Positions 1 through 8,582 of a stretch of DNA of 22,001 bases are shown here, piece by piece. Source of the DNA: Candidatus Zixiibacteriota bacterium (GTDB taxonomy: Bacteria > Zixibacteria > MSB-5A5 > CAIYYT01). Position numbers and translations under genes: made by a program. Position 1 is the first letter of the stretch. Every line of letters begins with the position of its first letter. The notes beneath the pieces are model-generated. The model saw only the letters and a program-made list of their open reading frames with translations, was not told the origin of the DNA and made no database searches. The stretch covers positions 1 through 22,001 of the forward strand of contig JBECKX010000148.1 of the NCBI GenBank assembly GCA_040235515.1, in the 5' to 3' direction.

Positions 1-903
1 GTTGTAGACGTCCCCCTCGTCGAACTTCATCTTATCCTTGAGGAATTCGCTGTCGTAGACTTCGTTTCCAGAGAAATTTACACTGCCAAAATAGTAGCGC
101 TCGCCTTCGTTCACCCAGATCTTGATGACCATGTGTTTGCCATCGGGGTCGATGACCACGCTGTCTCGCACGATCGAAGCGTCGATGAAGCCGTTGTTCT
201 TATAGAAGTCGATGATATCGATTTTATCCTGATCGTACTGCTCTTGCTTGAAGGCACCGGAGCGCAGGAAACCTGAGGGCGCCGCATCCATCTTGCCACG
301 CAGTTTGTCGTCGCTGAAGACCTCATTTCCAAAGAACTCGATGGCCCTGATCTTGACCTTCTTCTGTTCTTTGATCTTGAAACTCAAGGCAAGCTGCTTA
401 CCACCGTCGACTTCTTCGCGCTCGGTATTGATCTCGACCTGGTGATAGCCTTTTTCCTGGTATGCCTTGCGGATGGCTTCCTCTGCCTGCTTGACCTGAT
501 TGGGACTGACGGTTTGACGCTCAAAGATATTGATTACTTTCTTCAGGTCGTCGTCGTCGATTTTGTCATTGCCGTCGAATTTGACCGACTTGAGCTTGGG
601 ATATTCTTTTACGACAATCTTGAGGTTCACCTGTCCGCCGGAATACTCGGCATCCACATGGACATCATAGAAGAGGCCGAGCGCAAAGATGCGCCTGATC
701 GCTTCCTGGACAGAGGTGGAGGAGAGCCGCATACCGCGATGGAGCCCCGACACCGACAGTATCAGCGATTGCTCGACAGCATCATTCCCCTCGATTGTAA
801 TTGTGCCTACTTGATAATTAGCCTGCCCGTACAGAGGGATTGAGATAATCAGGGCAAGTAGCAGCGCACCAAGAATAGCCGTGGTCGCTGGAGTTTTTCT
901 CAT
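1..903 (-). CDS. bamA: Outer membrane protein assembly factor BamA (signal peptide + POTRA domains; 3' end runs off the left edge of the window)
   Basis: Not in the ORF track; translated by hand from ATG at 903: MRKTPATTAILGALLLALIISIPLYGQANYQVGTITIEGNDAVEQSLILSVSGL...VQEAIRRIFALGLFYDV...VVKEYPKLKSVKFDGNDKIDDDDL...YQEKGY...IEFFGNEVFSDDKL...FYKNNGFIDA...VNEGERYYFGSVNFSGN. Contains repeated POTRA motifs (I/V-x-F-x-GN, YxxxGY/F, V-x-EG). The frame is open to base 1. Confidence 0.9.
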   Translation of the reverse strand, partial: MRKTPATTAILGALLLALIISIPLYGQANYQVGTITIEGNDAVEQSLILSVSGLHRGMRLSSTSVQEAIRRIFALGLFYDVHVDAEYSGGQVNLKIVVKEYPKLKSVKFDGNDKIDDDDLKKVINIFERQTVSPNQVKQAEEAIRKAYQEKGYHQVEINTEREEVDGGKQLALSFKIKEQKKVKIRAIEFFGNEVFSDDKLRGKMDAAPSGFLRSGAFKQEQYDQDKIDIIDFYKNNGFIDASIVRDSVVIDPDGKHMVIKIWVNEGERYYFGSVNFSGNEVYDSEFLKDKMKFDEGDVYN

Positions 904-916
904 GCGTTATAGCCGA

Positions 917-1231
917 TTAACTGACGGAGATTTTACCGATTTTAAGATCAGTAAAGTCTTGACGATGACCGCGCATGCGGCGATACTTGGTGCGGCGTTT
1001 CTTCTTGAATACCAGCACCTTATCGTCGCGTCCCTGGTCGAGAACCTCGGCTTCCACTCTGGCGCCGGCTACGGTCGGATTACCCACCTGTGTGTTATCG
1101 CCGTCAGCAACGAGCAGCACCTGCTCGAACGCCTGAGTTTCACCCGGTTTCGCAACATGCATAGGAACGCGGATCACGTCGCCCTCAGCTACCCGGTATT
1201 GGAGGCCGCCAGCCTCAATGATAGCGTACAT
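917..1231 (-). CDS. rplU: 50S ribosomal protein L21
   Basis: MYAIIEAGGLQYRVAEGD...KVLVFKKKRRTKYRRMRGHRQDFT is the L21 signature. Start moved to ATG 1231, which has the SD-like GGAAGGAG upstream. Confidence 0.97.
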   Translation of the reverse strand: MYAIIEAGGLQYRVAEGDVIRVPMHVAKPGETQAFEQVLLVADGDNTQVGNPTVAGARVEAEVLDQGRDDKVLVFKKKRRTKYRRMRGHRQDFTDLKIGKISVS

Positions 1232-1275
1232 TGACTTGTTTTCTCCTTCCAATACTACTCACAAAATAGTCTGTT

Positions 1276-1303
1276 ATGATAGCGTTGGAGCGACTTTTGT
1301 CAA
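1276..1303 (-). promoter_or_regulatory. Sigma70-type promoter for rplU-bamA
   Basis: Minus strand reads TTGACA-N16-TATCAT, about 45 nt upstream of the rplU start. Confidence 0.7.
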
Positions 1304-1451
1304 GCAGATTCTGATCTCTACAGGTTCTGCCTAATAGTTCTGACGGATCTCTTGCTTGATCCGGTAGTTTTATAGCGGCGTGCCGCCAAAGTTCCTAAAA
1401 AGATTCGTACAAGTTATTGACGTCCAATGCGCCATAACGTTTCATAGTAAG

Positions 1452-3467
1452 ATGGCACAGTTCAAACTCGTATCAAAATACAAACCACGCGGAGATCAGC
1501 CTGAAGCGATCAAACGGCTTACGGAAGGCGTTATCGCCGGCGAGAGATACCAGACGCTCCTCGGCGTAACCGGTTCAGGCAAGACCTTTACGATGGCGAA
1601 TGTCATCGCGGCGGTCAACAAGCCGACGCTGATCATATCGCACAACAAGACCCTGGCGGCTCAGCTCTATGGCGAATTCAAGGGCTATTTCCCCGATAAT
1701 GCCGTGGAGTTTTTCATAAGCTACTATGACTACTACCAGCCGGAAGCCTACGTCGCCGCCACCGATACCTACATCGAAAAAGACACTTCGGTAAATGAGA
1801 ATATCGATCGCCTGCGACTGCGTGCCACCAGTTCGCTGCTGGAGCGGCGAGATGTCGTCGTGGTGGCATCGGTTTCCTGCATCTACGGAATCGGCTCACC
1901 TTCTGAGTACAAGAATCTGCTCATTTTCCTGGAGACCGGCGCAGAGATGGAGCGTGATGCCATCCTGCGCAAGTTGATCGACATCCAGTACAACCGCAAC
2001 GATGTCGATTTTTCGCGTGGAAATTTCCGGGTGCGCGGCGACGTGATCGAACTGTTTCCGGCGTACGAAATCAATGGCGTTCGCATCGAAATGTTCGGCG
2101 ACCAGATCGAACGGATCCGCGCGTTCGACCCCGTCTCTGGTGAGATCAAGCAGGAGCTGGAGCGTATCGCCATCTACCCGGCACGCCACTTCGTCAGTTC
2201 TTCGGAGACGCTGAACAAAGCCGTCGTCGGCATCAAAGAGGAGTTGGGAGAACGGCTGAAGGAGTTACGCGCCGAGGATAAGCTGCTTGAAGCTCAGCGA
2301 CTCGAGAGCCGGACGCTGTATGACCTGGAAATGCTGCGCGAAATCGGCTTCTGCTCCGGTATCGAGAATTACTCTCGTTATTTTTCCAACCGTGCTCCCG
2401 GCGAACGGCCCTACACCCTGATCGACTTCTTCCCCGAAGATTTTCTTTTGATCATTGATGAATCGCATCAGACGATTCCGCAGATCAAGGGAATGTATGC
2501 GGGTGACCGGTCGCGGAAAGAGATTCTGGTCCATCACGGTTTTCGTCTACCTTCGGCGCTCGACAATCGGCCCCTGATGTATGACGAGTTCGTCAAATTG
2601 ATCCCGCAGACCGTCTACGTCTCGGCCACCCCGGCAGATCTGGAGATAACCAATTCCGAGGGTGTGGTTGTGGAGCAGATTATCAGACCGACCGGACTGA
2701 TCGATCCGAAGATAACGATTCGCCCGGTGGATGGTCAGATTGATGATTTGATCAAAGAGATCCGCGTGCGGGCTGAAAAGCAGGAGCGTGTGCTGGTCAC
2801 CACCCTTACCAAGCGGATGGCGGAAGACCTCAGCGACTATCTGGGGCGATTGAACATCCGGGTGCGCTACCTCCACTCCGAGATCGATGCGATCGATCGC
2901 ACAGAGTTGCTGCGCGACTTGAGGCTGCATGAATTCGATGTCCTCGTGGGAATCAACCTGCTGCGAGAGGGACTCGATTTGCCCGAAGTCTCCCTGGTGG
3001 CTGTTCTTGATGCCGACAAGGAGGGTTTCCTGCGTTCGGAGACTTCGTTGATGCAGACCGCCGGGCGTGCGGCAAGGAATGTCGAGGGTGAAGTGATCCT
3101 CTATGCCGACAAGATCACTGACTCGATGAAGAAGATGATCTCCGAAACCAATCGGCGCCGTAAGATCCAGATTGAGTATAACGAGAAGCACAACATCACG
3201 CCTGAGACCATCTACAAGACGCGGGAGGAGATCCTCGCGGCTACTCGTTTTGCCGACTCGCGGCAGGAGGAGATTCCCGGTGTTATCCTACCCGATTTCT
3301 TTGGTGAGCTGCCGCTGGAAGAGAAGATCAATTTTCTCAACCAACAGATGGAAACCGCTGCCGAGCAGCTCGAATTTGAGCGTGCCGCGGAAATCAGGGA
3401 TCAGATCAAGCAGATGAAGGAAGAACATAAACGAAAAAGGTCGCGACAAAAGTCGATTAAACGTTAG
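1452..3467 (+). CDS. uvrB: Excinuclease ABC subunit B
   Basis: Motifs PRGDQPEAI, Walker A GVTGSGKT, beta-hairpin [37 protein letters not shown], and a C-terminal UVR motif ([13 protein letters not shown]). Start trimmed to ATG 1452 (MAQFKL). Confidence 0.98.
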   Translation: MAQFKLVSKYKPRGDQPEAIKRLTEGVIAGERYQTLLGVTGSGKTFTMANVIAAVNKPTLIISHNKTLAAQLYGEFKGYFPDNAVEFFISYYDYYQPEAYVAATDTYIEKDTSVNENIDRLRLRATSSLLERRDVVVVASVSCIYGIGSPSEYKNLLIFLETGAEMERDAILRKLIDIQYNRNDVDFSRGNFRVRGDVIELFPAYEINGVRIEMFGDQIERIRAFDPVSGEIKQELERIAIYPARHFVSSSETLNKAVVGIKEELGERLKELRAEDKLLEAQRLESRTLYDLEMLREIGFCSGIENYSRYFSNRAPGERPYTLIDFFPEDFLLIIDESHQTIPQIKGMYAGDRSRKEILVHHGFRLPSALDNRPLMYDEFVKLIPQTVYVSATPADLEITNSEGVVVEQIIRPTGLIDPKITIRPVDGQIDDLIKEIRVRAEKQERVLVTTLTKRMAEDLSDYLGRLNIRVRYLHSEIDAIDRTELLRDLRLHEFDVLVGINLLREGLDLPEVSLVAVLDADKEGFLRSETSLMQTAGRAARNVEGEVILYADKITDSMKKMISETNRRRKIQIEYNEKHNITPETIYKTREEILAATRFADSRQEEIPGVILPDFFGELPLEEKINFLNQQMETAAEQLEFERAAEIRDQIKQMKEEHKRKRSRQKSIKR

Positions 3468-3578
3468 ATTTCAGAGCGCGTCTAACCTGTGGGTCATCAG
3501 GATCAAGCTCATCGGTCTGGCTACCCTGAGGTTCGATCCACCGGGACGATAGCCTGGCAATTTTCGAAAGGTAGAACT

Positions 3579-4652
3579 TTGTATCAGCCATACTCCGCAG
3601 GCAGCTTCTGTTCGCGTGCAGCCGTTGTCGCAGCCGTCGCAGCGGCTGTCATCGTTACATTGATAAGTTGCAGCGAAGATCGGGTAACCGATCCGAATCT
3701 CACCAAAGTCTCCAGGATTGCATCCTACATCTCGGAAGACCCGGTCGGCAAACACGCGCTTCCCGTCATCTGGTTTGACACAACGAGCAAGGCGGACATC
3801 TATGGCAAACGTATTGCAAAGCCGATTGCCGAGGCACAGACGCCGATCAACCCGCTCGACTACTGGATTGGCGTCTCGCGTGTCGGTCGCGGCATCACGC
3901 TACGTGATCCTGATACCTGCCAGCTCGAAATCACGATCAACGAGATGATCGGAGATTCTGTGATTGACGCCGACACGGTGGTAAACTGCGATCGGATCTT
4001 GTTGAGCAACGGCTCGCGAGCGGACTCGGAGATTGCACTGCTCAATGATACCGTTGTCTGCACCTACTACATCGTCGATCGCAGCGATTCGACGGTTTAT
4101 ACCAAGGATATCACATACAGAGAATCTAAGACCGCTCTGATCTCCCGCCTGGACAGCGGGATTTCCTCCTACGACGGTTGGCGACTCTATGCGATCGGGA
4201 GACAGCGATTCCAGACTGGCGTTGTGCCAAACCGCTTTCCTGCGATTGACTCCATAATGGTACAATCACTCGATCGCCCCAGCAGGATTTTCGTTGCCTA
4301 CCCGGACAAGAGCATCCGGTACGACTGGACGGGCGATCTGCTGAAACTGCAACCGGGCGAACTGCTCGCCGTGACCGTATTCAGTCGCGCACGCTTCGGC
4401 AATCCACCCATTCGCGATGCCTACGTACATTACAAGAAAAACGGCGAATTCGTCCATGAGTGGATGGGTAATGATGTCAGCGTTAACCCGGACGTTCAGA
4501 AACATACCTGGCAGATCATCGAGGCATCGGGCGGATTATCTAACGAATTCAGCCAGATTACATTAGAGCTGTTTCAGGGGGATGCTTTGCGGGATTCATC
4601 ACCGAGCGAGTTCAAAGCCCTGCTCTGGGCGATATCGTACCAGTTAGAGTGA
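3579..4652 (+). CDS. Hypothetical lipoprotein of unknown function
   Basis: Long ORF filling the uvrB-radA gap. Probable TTG start at 3579 with GAAAGG 7 nt upstream. A hydrophobic stretch (AAVVAAVAAAVIVT) ends in a lipobox-like LISC followed by SEDRVTDP. No family recognised. Start codon uncertain (the track gives 3489). Confidence 0.7.
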   Translation: MYQPYSAGSFCSRAAVVAAVAAAVIVTLISCSEDRVTDPNLTKVSRIASYISEDPVGKHALPVIWFDTTSKADIYGKRIAKPIAEAQTPINPLDYWIGVSRVGRGITLRDPDTCQLEITINEMIGDSVIDADTVVNCDRILLSNGSRADSEIALLNDTVVCTYYIVDRSDSTVYTKDITYRESKTALISRLDSGISSYDGWRLYAIGRQRFQTGVVPNRFPAIDSIMVQSLDRPSRIFVAYPDKSIRYDWTGDLLKLQPGELLAVTVFSRARFGNPPIRDAYVHYKKNGEFVHEWMGNDVSVNPDVQKHTWQIIEASGGLSNEFSQITLELFQGDALRDSSPSEFKALLWAISYQLE

Positions 4653-4697
4653 CCGACTCATAACGATCTATCAATTTCAGCGCCAGCTAAAGCCAGG

Positions 4698-4714
4698 TTC
4701 GGGCAGCACCCGAA
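4698..4714. terminator. Short hairpin between convergent genes (possible terminator element)
   Basis: TTCGGG-CAGCA-CCCGAA directly after the radA stop; no U-tract. Confidence 0.3.
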
Positions 4715-6091
4715 TCAGGCGAGTACCGTATCTGCGAGTTCAGAAATCCGTTTTATTCCGATCAGGTTGACACCCTCAGGTAACTTCACACCACGCAGAT
4801 TCCGTTTCGGGACAACGAGGTGGGTGAACCCAAGCTTGAGGCACTCGTTGATCCGGCGCTCGATATAGCTGATCGCCCTCACCTCCCCCGACAGACCAAC
4901 CTCTCCCATAATCGCAGTCCCGGACTTGATGGGGGCATCTTCAACCGAAGAGATGATTGCAGCGATCAAACCAAGATCAAGCGATGGATCATCGACCCGC
5001 AGACCACCCGCGAGATTGACGAATACATCGCGCTGTCCGAATGGAATCTTCTCCCGCTTCTCGAGGATCGCCAGCATCAACGCCAGTCTCCGTGAGTCAT
5101 ATCCCGAAGCCACTCGTTGCGGAAACCCGAAATTGGTCTGTGCCGCGAGCGCCTGAATCTCCAGCAGCAGCGGGCGTTGCCCCTCCACTACCGTGACAAT
5201 TGCCCTGCCAGGAACGGAGTCTGTGTGCTCGTCGAGGAAGTGTTCGGATGGATTGGCCACACCCTTGAGGCCATCCTGCTTGATCTCGAAAATCCCAATT
5301 TCGGAAGCGGGTCCGAAGCGGTTTTTGCGTACCCTCAACACGCGGAAGAGGTTTTGATTTTCGCCTTCGAAGTAGAGCACGACATCGACGAGGTGTTCGA
5401 GGATCTTCGGGCCGGCGATCGCTCCCTCCTTGGTGATGTGCCCGATCAGGATCAATATCTTGCCACTCCGCTTGCAGAAATCGGCGATTTCAGAACAGCA
5501 GGAGCGAATCTGACTGACGGTTCCGGGAGCTGATTCTAGATCGGGATCGTAGAGGGTCTGCACCGAATCGATGACCACGACCGCGGGGTTGTTGTTGTTT
5601 ATCAGGCTGTATATCTGCGGCAACTCGCGCGCGGCGGCAACCTTGAGCGCCTCAGAACCAACGCCGATACGCCGTCCACGCAATGCAATCTGTTGGACCG
5701 ATTCCTCACCAGATAGATAGAGAGAGGCCACCCCTCGATCGCATAGCAGGCCGCATGCCTGCAAGATCAACGTTGATTTCCCTACGCCGGGCTCGCCACC
5801 GATCAGGATCGACGAATCTGTTACCAGTCCCCCACCGAGCAGTTCGTCGAACTCCTTGAGGCCGGTCACAATCGACTCTTCAGAATCAAACGACTGGCTG
5901 GCCAGCGAGACAGCTTCCGTGCTCTCGGTAGTGCGGCGTTTCTCACCGGCGGGACGAGTAACGATCTTCTCCTCGGTGATCGTATTCCACTCTTCGCACT
6001 CGGCGCACTTGCCCATCCAGTGGGCGTAGGATCGCCCGCAGGAGGAGCAAACATAGATGGTCTTTTCTTTCGATTTCCCCCGTGTACTCAT
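4715..6091 (-). CDS. radA: DNA repair protein RadA/Sms
   Basis: N-terminal C4 zinc finger (CSSCG...WMGKCAECEEWNT), Walker A GEPGVGKST, IDSVQT, KNRFG motif, Lon-like C-terminal domain (GEVGLSGEVR). Confidence 0.98.
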   Translation of the reverse strand: MSTRGKSKEKTIYVCSSCGRSYAHWMGKCAECEEWNTITEEKIVTRPAGEKRRTTESTEAVSLASQSFDSEESIVTGLKEFDELLGGGLVTDSSILIGGEPGVGKSTLILQACGLLCDRGVASLYLSGEESVQQIALRGRRIGVGSEALKVAAARELPQIYSLINNNNPAVVVIDSVQTLYDPDLESAPGTVSQIRSCCSEIADFCKRSGKILILIGHITKEGAIAGPKILEHLVDVVLYFEGENQNLFRVLRVRKNRFGPASEIGIFEIKQDGLKGVANPSEHFLDEHTDSVPGRAIVTVVEGQRPLLLEIQALAAQTNFGFPQRVASGYDSRRLALMLAILEKREKIPFGQRDVFVNLAGGLRVDDPSLDLGLIAAIISSVEDAPIKSGTAIMGEVGLSGEVRAISYIERRINECLKLGFTHLVVPKRNLRGVKLPEGVNLIGIKRISELADTVLA

Positions 6092-6097
6092 CAGGCA

Positions 6098-7528
6098 CTA
6101 CTCATTGGGAAATGGTTCATCGCCGGGCGGCGGGGGTGGTCCACCATGCGCAGCGTGGAAGGTCTCACGGTTTTCGAACCTGATGAACTCACTCACGAAG
6201 GTCAACTTCACGGTTCCCGTAGGGCCGTTACGTTGCTTCGCAATGATGATTTCTGCCAGGTTCTCTTCATCCGAACCGCGTATCTCCTCCCGCTCCTCGG
6301 CCGACAACTTATAGGCGGCGGGACGGTAGACAAACATCACGACATCAGCATCCTGTTCGATCGCTCCCGATTCACGCAGATCTGCGAGGATCGGCCGTTT
6401 CTCGCCGCCACGCGTCTCCACCATACGCGACAACTGACTGCAGGCAATCACCGGGATTTCCAGCTCCTTGGCCAGGCCCTTGAGCGATCTTGAAATCAGG
6501 GAGATTTCCTGCTGCCGGTTCTCGACGCGATCGCCCGCGTGCATCAACTGCAGGTAATCAACGACAATCAACTGGATATCAAACTGGCTCTTGAGCAACC
6601 GGGCTTTGGTGCGAAGATCCCAGATCGACATCGTCGCGGTATCGTCAAGATAAATCGGAGCTTCCGCCAGCGGTCCCGCAGCCAGGTTAAGATTGGTCCA
6701 CTCATGATCGCGCAGTCGTCCTGTCCGGAGGCGATGCGAGCCGACCCGCGCACGTGAGCTGAGGAGACGTTGCACAATCTGCTCCGACGACATTTCGAGC
6801 GAGAAGATTACGGCTCCCTTATTCAAATCAACCGCGCAATGCTCCATGATCTTGAGCGTGAAGGCGGTCTTGCCCATACCGGGACGGCCGGCGACAACGA
6901 TTAACTCGCCGGGATGCATTCCCGCGGTCAGGTTGTCGAGATCATCGAAACCGGTGGCCAGCCCGGTAACCTGCCCACGCATCTGCTCGAGCATTTCCAT
7001 CTTGGAGAACGCGACCGGAATCAGGGACTTGATGGTCTGATAGCCTTTGTCGGTGCGATCGGTTGCGATGTCGAAAACTTCCTTCTCGGCATACGAGAGC
7101 AATTCGCGCACTTCACCCTGCATATTCTGAGCACGACTATAGATCTGGCTCGACATCGCCATCAGTCTGCGCAGAATCGCTTTCTCTTTGATGATCTCAG
7201 CATAGCGTTCGCAGTTGGCAGCGGTGTAGACATCGGCAGTCAGCTCGACCAGGAACGCTCTGCCTCCGATCGAATCGAGTTTGCCCTGCGTGATCAACCG
7301 ATCGGTCAGTGTGACAAGATCGGCCGGCTTGTTGTCCTGGTAGAGCGAGACAATCGCCTCGAACACGATCTGGTGGCGCTTCTCGTAGAAGTCATCACTG
7401 TTCAGGAGGGTACAGACATTGGCGATGTAGGCATTGTCAAGCAGCAGACCACCAAGGAGCGAAGCTTCCGCCTGTCGATCCTGTGGCGGTATCCGATCGG
7501 TCGTGCCTGTGTCAAAGTGTTGTACCAT
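6098..7528 (-). CDS. dnaB: Replicative DNA helicase DnaB
   Basis: PPQDRQAEASLLG N-terminus, GRPGMGKT, FSLEMS, VVDYLQLM, SQLSR, DLRESGAIEQDAD, AKQRNGPTG. 476 aa, so no intein. Confidence 0.98.
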   Translation of the reverse strand: MVQHFDTGTTDRIPPQDRQAEASLLGGLLLDNAYIANVCTLLNSDDFYEKRHQIVFEAIVSLYQDNKPADLVTLTDRLITQGKLDSIGGRAFLVELTADVYTAANCERYAEIIKEKAILRRLMAMSSQIYSRAQNMQGEVRELLSYAEKEVFDIATDRTDKGYQTIKSLIPVAFSKMEMLEQMRGQVTGLATGFDDLDNLTAGMHPGELIVVAGRPGMGKTAFTLKIMEHCAVDLNKGAVIFSLEMSSEQIVQRLLSSRARVGSHRLRTGRLRDHEWTNLNLAAGPLAEAPIYLDDTATMSIWDLRTKARLLKSQFDIQLIVVDYLQLMHAGDRVENRQQEISLISRSLKGLAKELEIPVIACSQLSRMVETRGGEKRPILADLRESGAIEQDADVVMFVYRPAAYKLSAEEREEIRGSDEENLAEIIIAKQRNGPTGTVKLTFVSEFIRFENRETFHAAHGGPPPPPGDEPFPNE

Positions 7529-7682
7529 TCGCTGCGACGTCCTGTCTTACCCGAGGTTTGTCGTGATGGGGATCTATAGAGAACAAAAAGGAGCGGGAGT
7601 ATTAACCAGCGCTTCCGTTACAATTTCAGACGGCAGTATGATAAAGGCTATCGGATTCTGCAGCCAGCGGAATCGAGCGTGG

Positions 7683-7802
7683 TTCCCCACAAATTATCTA
7701 CACTCACATGTGGAAAAGTTTATCAACATGCAGGATCGATATTCGCCAAGACAGGCCTTGGCAATCGCAATTTGTGGAAAAGTTGTAGATTGCGGTGGAA
7801 AT
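7683..7802. promoter_or_regulatory. Cluster of DnaA boxes upstream of dnaB
   Basis: TTCCCCACA 7683-7691, TTATCTACA 7694-7702, TGTGGAAAA 7709-7717, TTATCAACA 7720-7728, TGTGGAAAA 7773-7781, and weaker TGTAGATTG 7784-7792 and GGTGGAAAT 7794-7802, compared with consensus TTWTNCACA. Confidence 0.8.
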
Positions 7803-7813
7803 CTCCCGCACGA

Positions 7814-8563
7814 CTACTTCCGGGCCGCAACCCACTCGTCGTAAGCTTTGCGCAGCATCTGGACATCCTCCCAGGTCGGACGCTTGTACTGCTGGAATCT
7901 CAGCAGCGCGGCGGGATGATAGGTGACCATCAACTTGCGACCATTGAAGTCGTGAAACTTCTCGCGTAGCTTGCCGAGGGGTGTGGTCACACCCAGGAGC
8001 GCCTGGGCGGAGATTCTACCGAGACAGCAGATAAACTGCGGGTTGATCAGCTCGATCTGCCTGAGCAGATAAGGCATACATTCTGCCATCTCATCGGGCT
8101 GGGGATCGCGATTGTTCGGCGGACGACACTTAACAATATTGGCGATATAAACCTGCGTGCGGTCGAAGTTGATCGCTGCGAGGATCTTGTCGAGCAACTT
8201 GCCGGCGCGCCCGACAAATGGTTCGCCCTGCAAATCCTCGTCGCGACCCGGCCCCTCACCAACGAACATCACATCGGCGTTCGGATTCCCGACTCCGAAG
8301 ACAAACTTGGTGCGTCCCTGGGCCAACCGGCATTTGGTGCAATCTTTGATCTGCGCGTTGAATTCCGTCAGTGAAACAGCCCCGGCTGCTGCGCCGGTTG
8401 GGGTGGTGCGTTCTGTCGCCGGTCGGGCGACTTCAGGTTTCTTTGCCATCGTGGTCATCACCTCCTGCAGGAGTTGAGGCGAGACGCGAACCTCCCCCAT
8501 TCCCAGTTCTTCCTGTTGTTGTAATGCTATCCTTAACTTGTCGAAGTCGCTTAGGTCGTTCAT
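7814..8563 (-). CDS. udg: Uracil-DNA glycosylase family 4 (Fe-S type)
   Basis: CTKCRL Fe-S ligands, motif [33 protein letters not shown], motif [10 protein letters not shown]. Has a low-complexity N-terminal extension. Confidence 0.95.
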   Translation of the reverse strand: MNDLSDFDKLRIALQQQEELGMGEVRVSPQLLQEVMTTMAKKPEVARPATERTTPTGAAAGAVSLTEFNAQIKDCTKCRLAQGRTKFVFGVGNPNADVMFVGEGPGRDEDLQGEPFVGRAGKLLDKILAAINFDRTQVYIANIVKCRPPNNRDPQPDEMAECMPYLLRQIELINPQFICCLGRISAQALLGVTTPLGKLREKFHDFNGRKLMVTYHPAALLRFQQYKRPTWEDVQMLRKAYDEWVAARK

Positions 8564-8582
8564 CGATTGATCAATAAGTTTG

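Noticed and set aside
1380..1451. N-terminal extensions given by the ORF track for uvrB (also rplU, smg, purC, nfeD)
   Set aside because: Family homology begins at the downstream ATG. For rplU, smg, purC and nfeD an SD-like sequence precedes that ATG, and the extensions overlap promoter, leader or neighbouring gene sequence.
6098..7528. Possible intein in DnaB
   Set aside because: Normal length with contiguous helicase motifs; no intein splice-junction or LAGLIDADG motifs.
7803..7820. DnaA-trio / DUE next to the DnaA boxes (CGA CTA CTT)
   Set aside because: Only 2-3 triplets, overlapping the udg stop codon, with adjacent boxes in the wrong orientation and no AT-rich tract.
7434..7969. ORFs 7434-7844 and 7679-7969 crossing the DnaA-box region
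   Set aside because: They overlap dnaB or udg antisense and show no protein-like features. The region is better explained as regulatory DNA.
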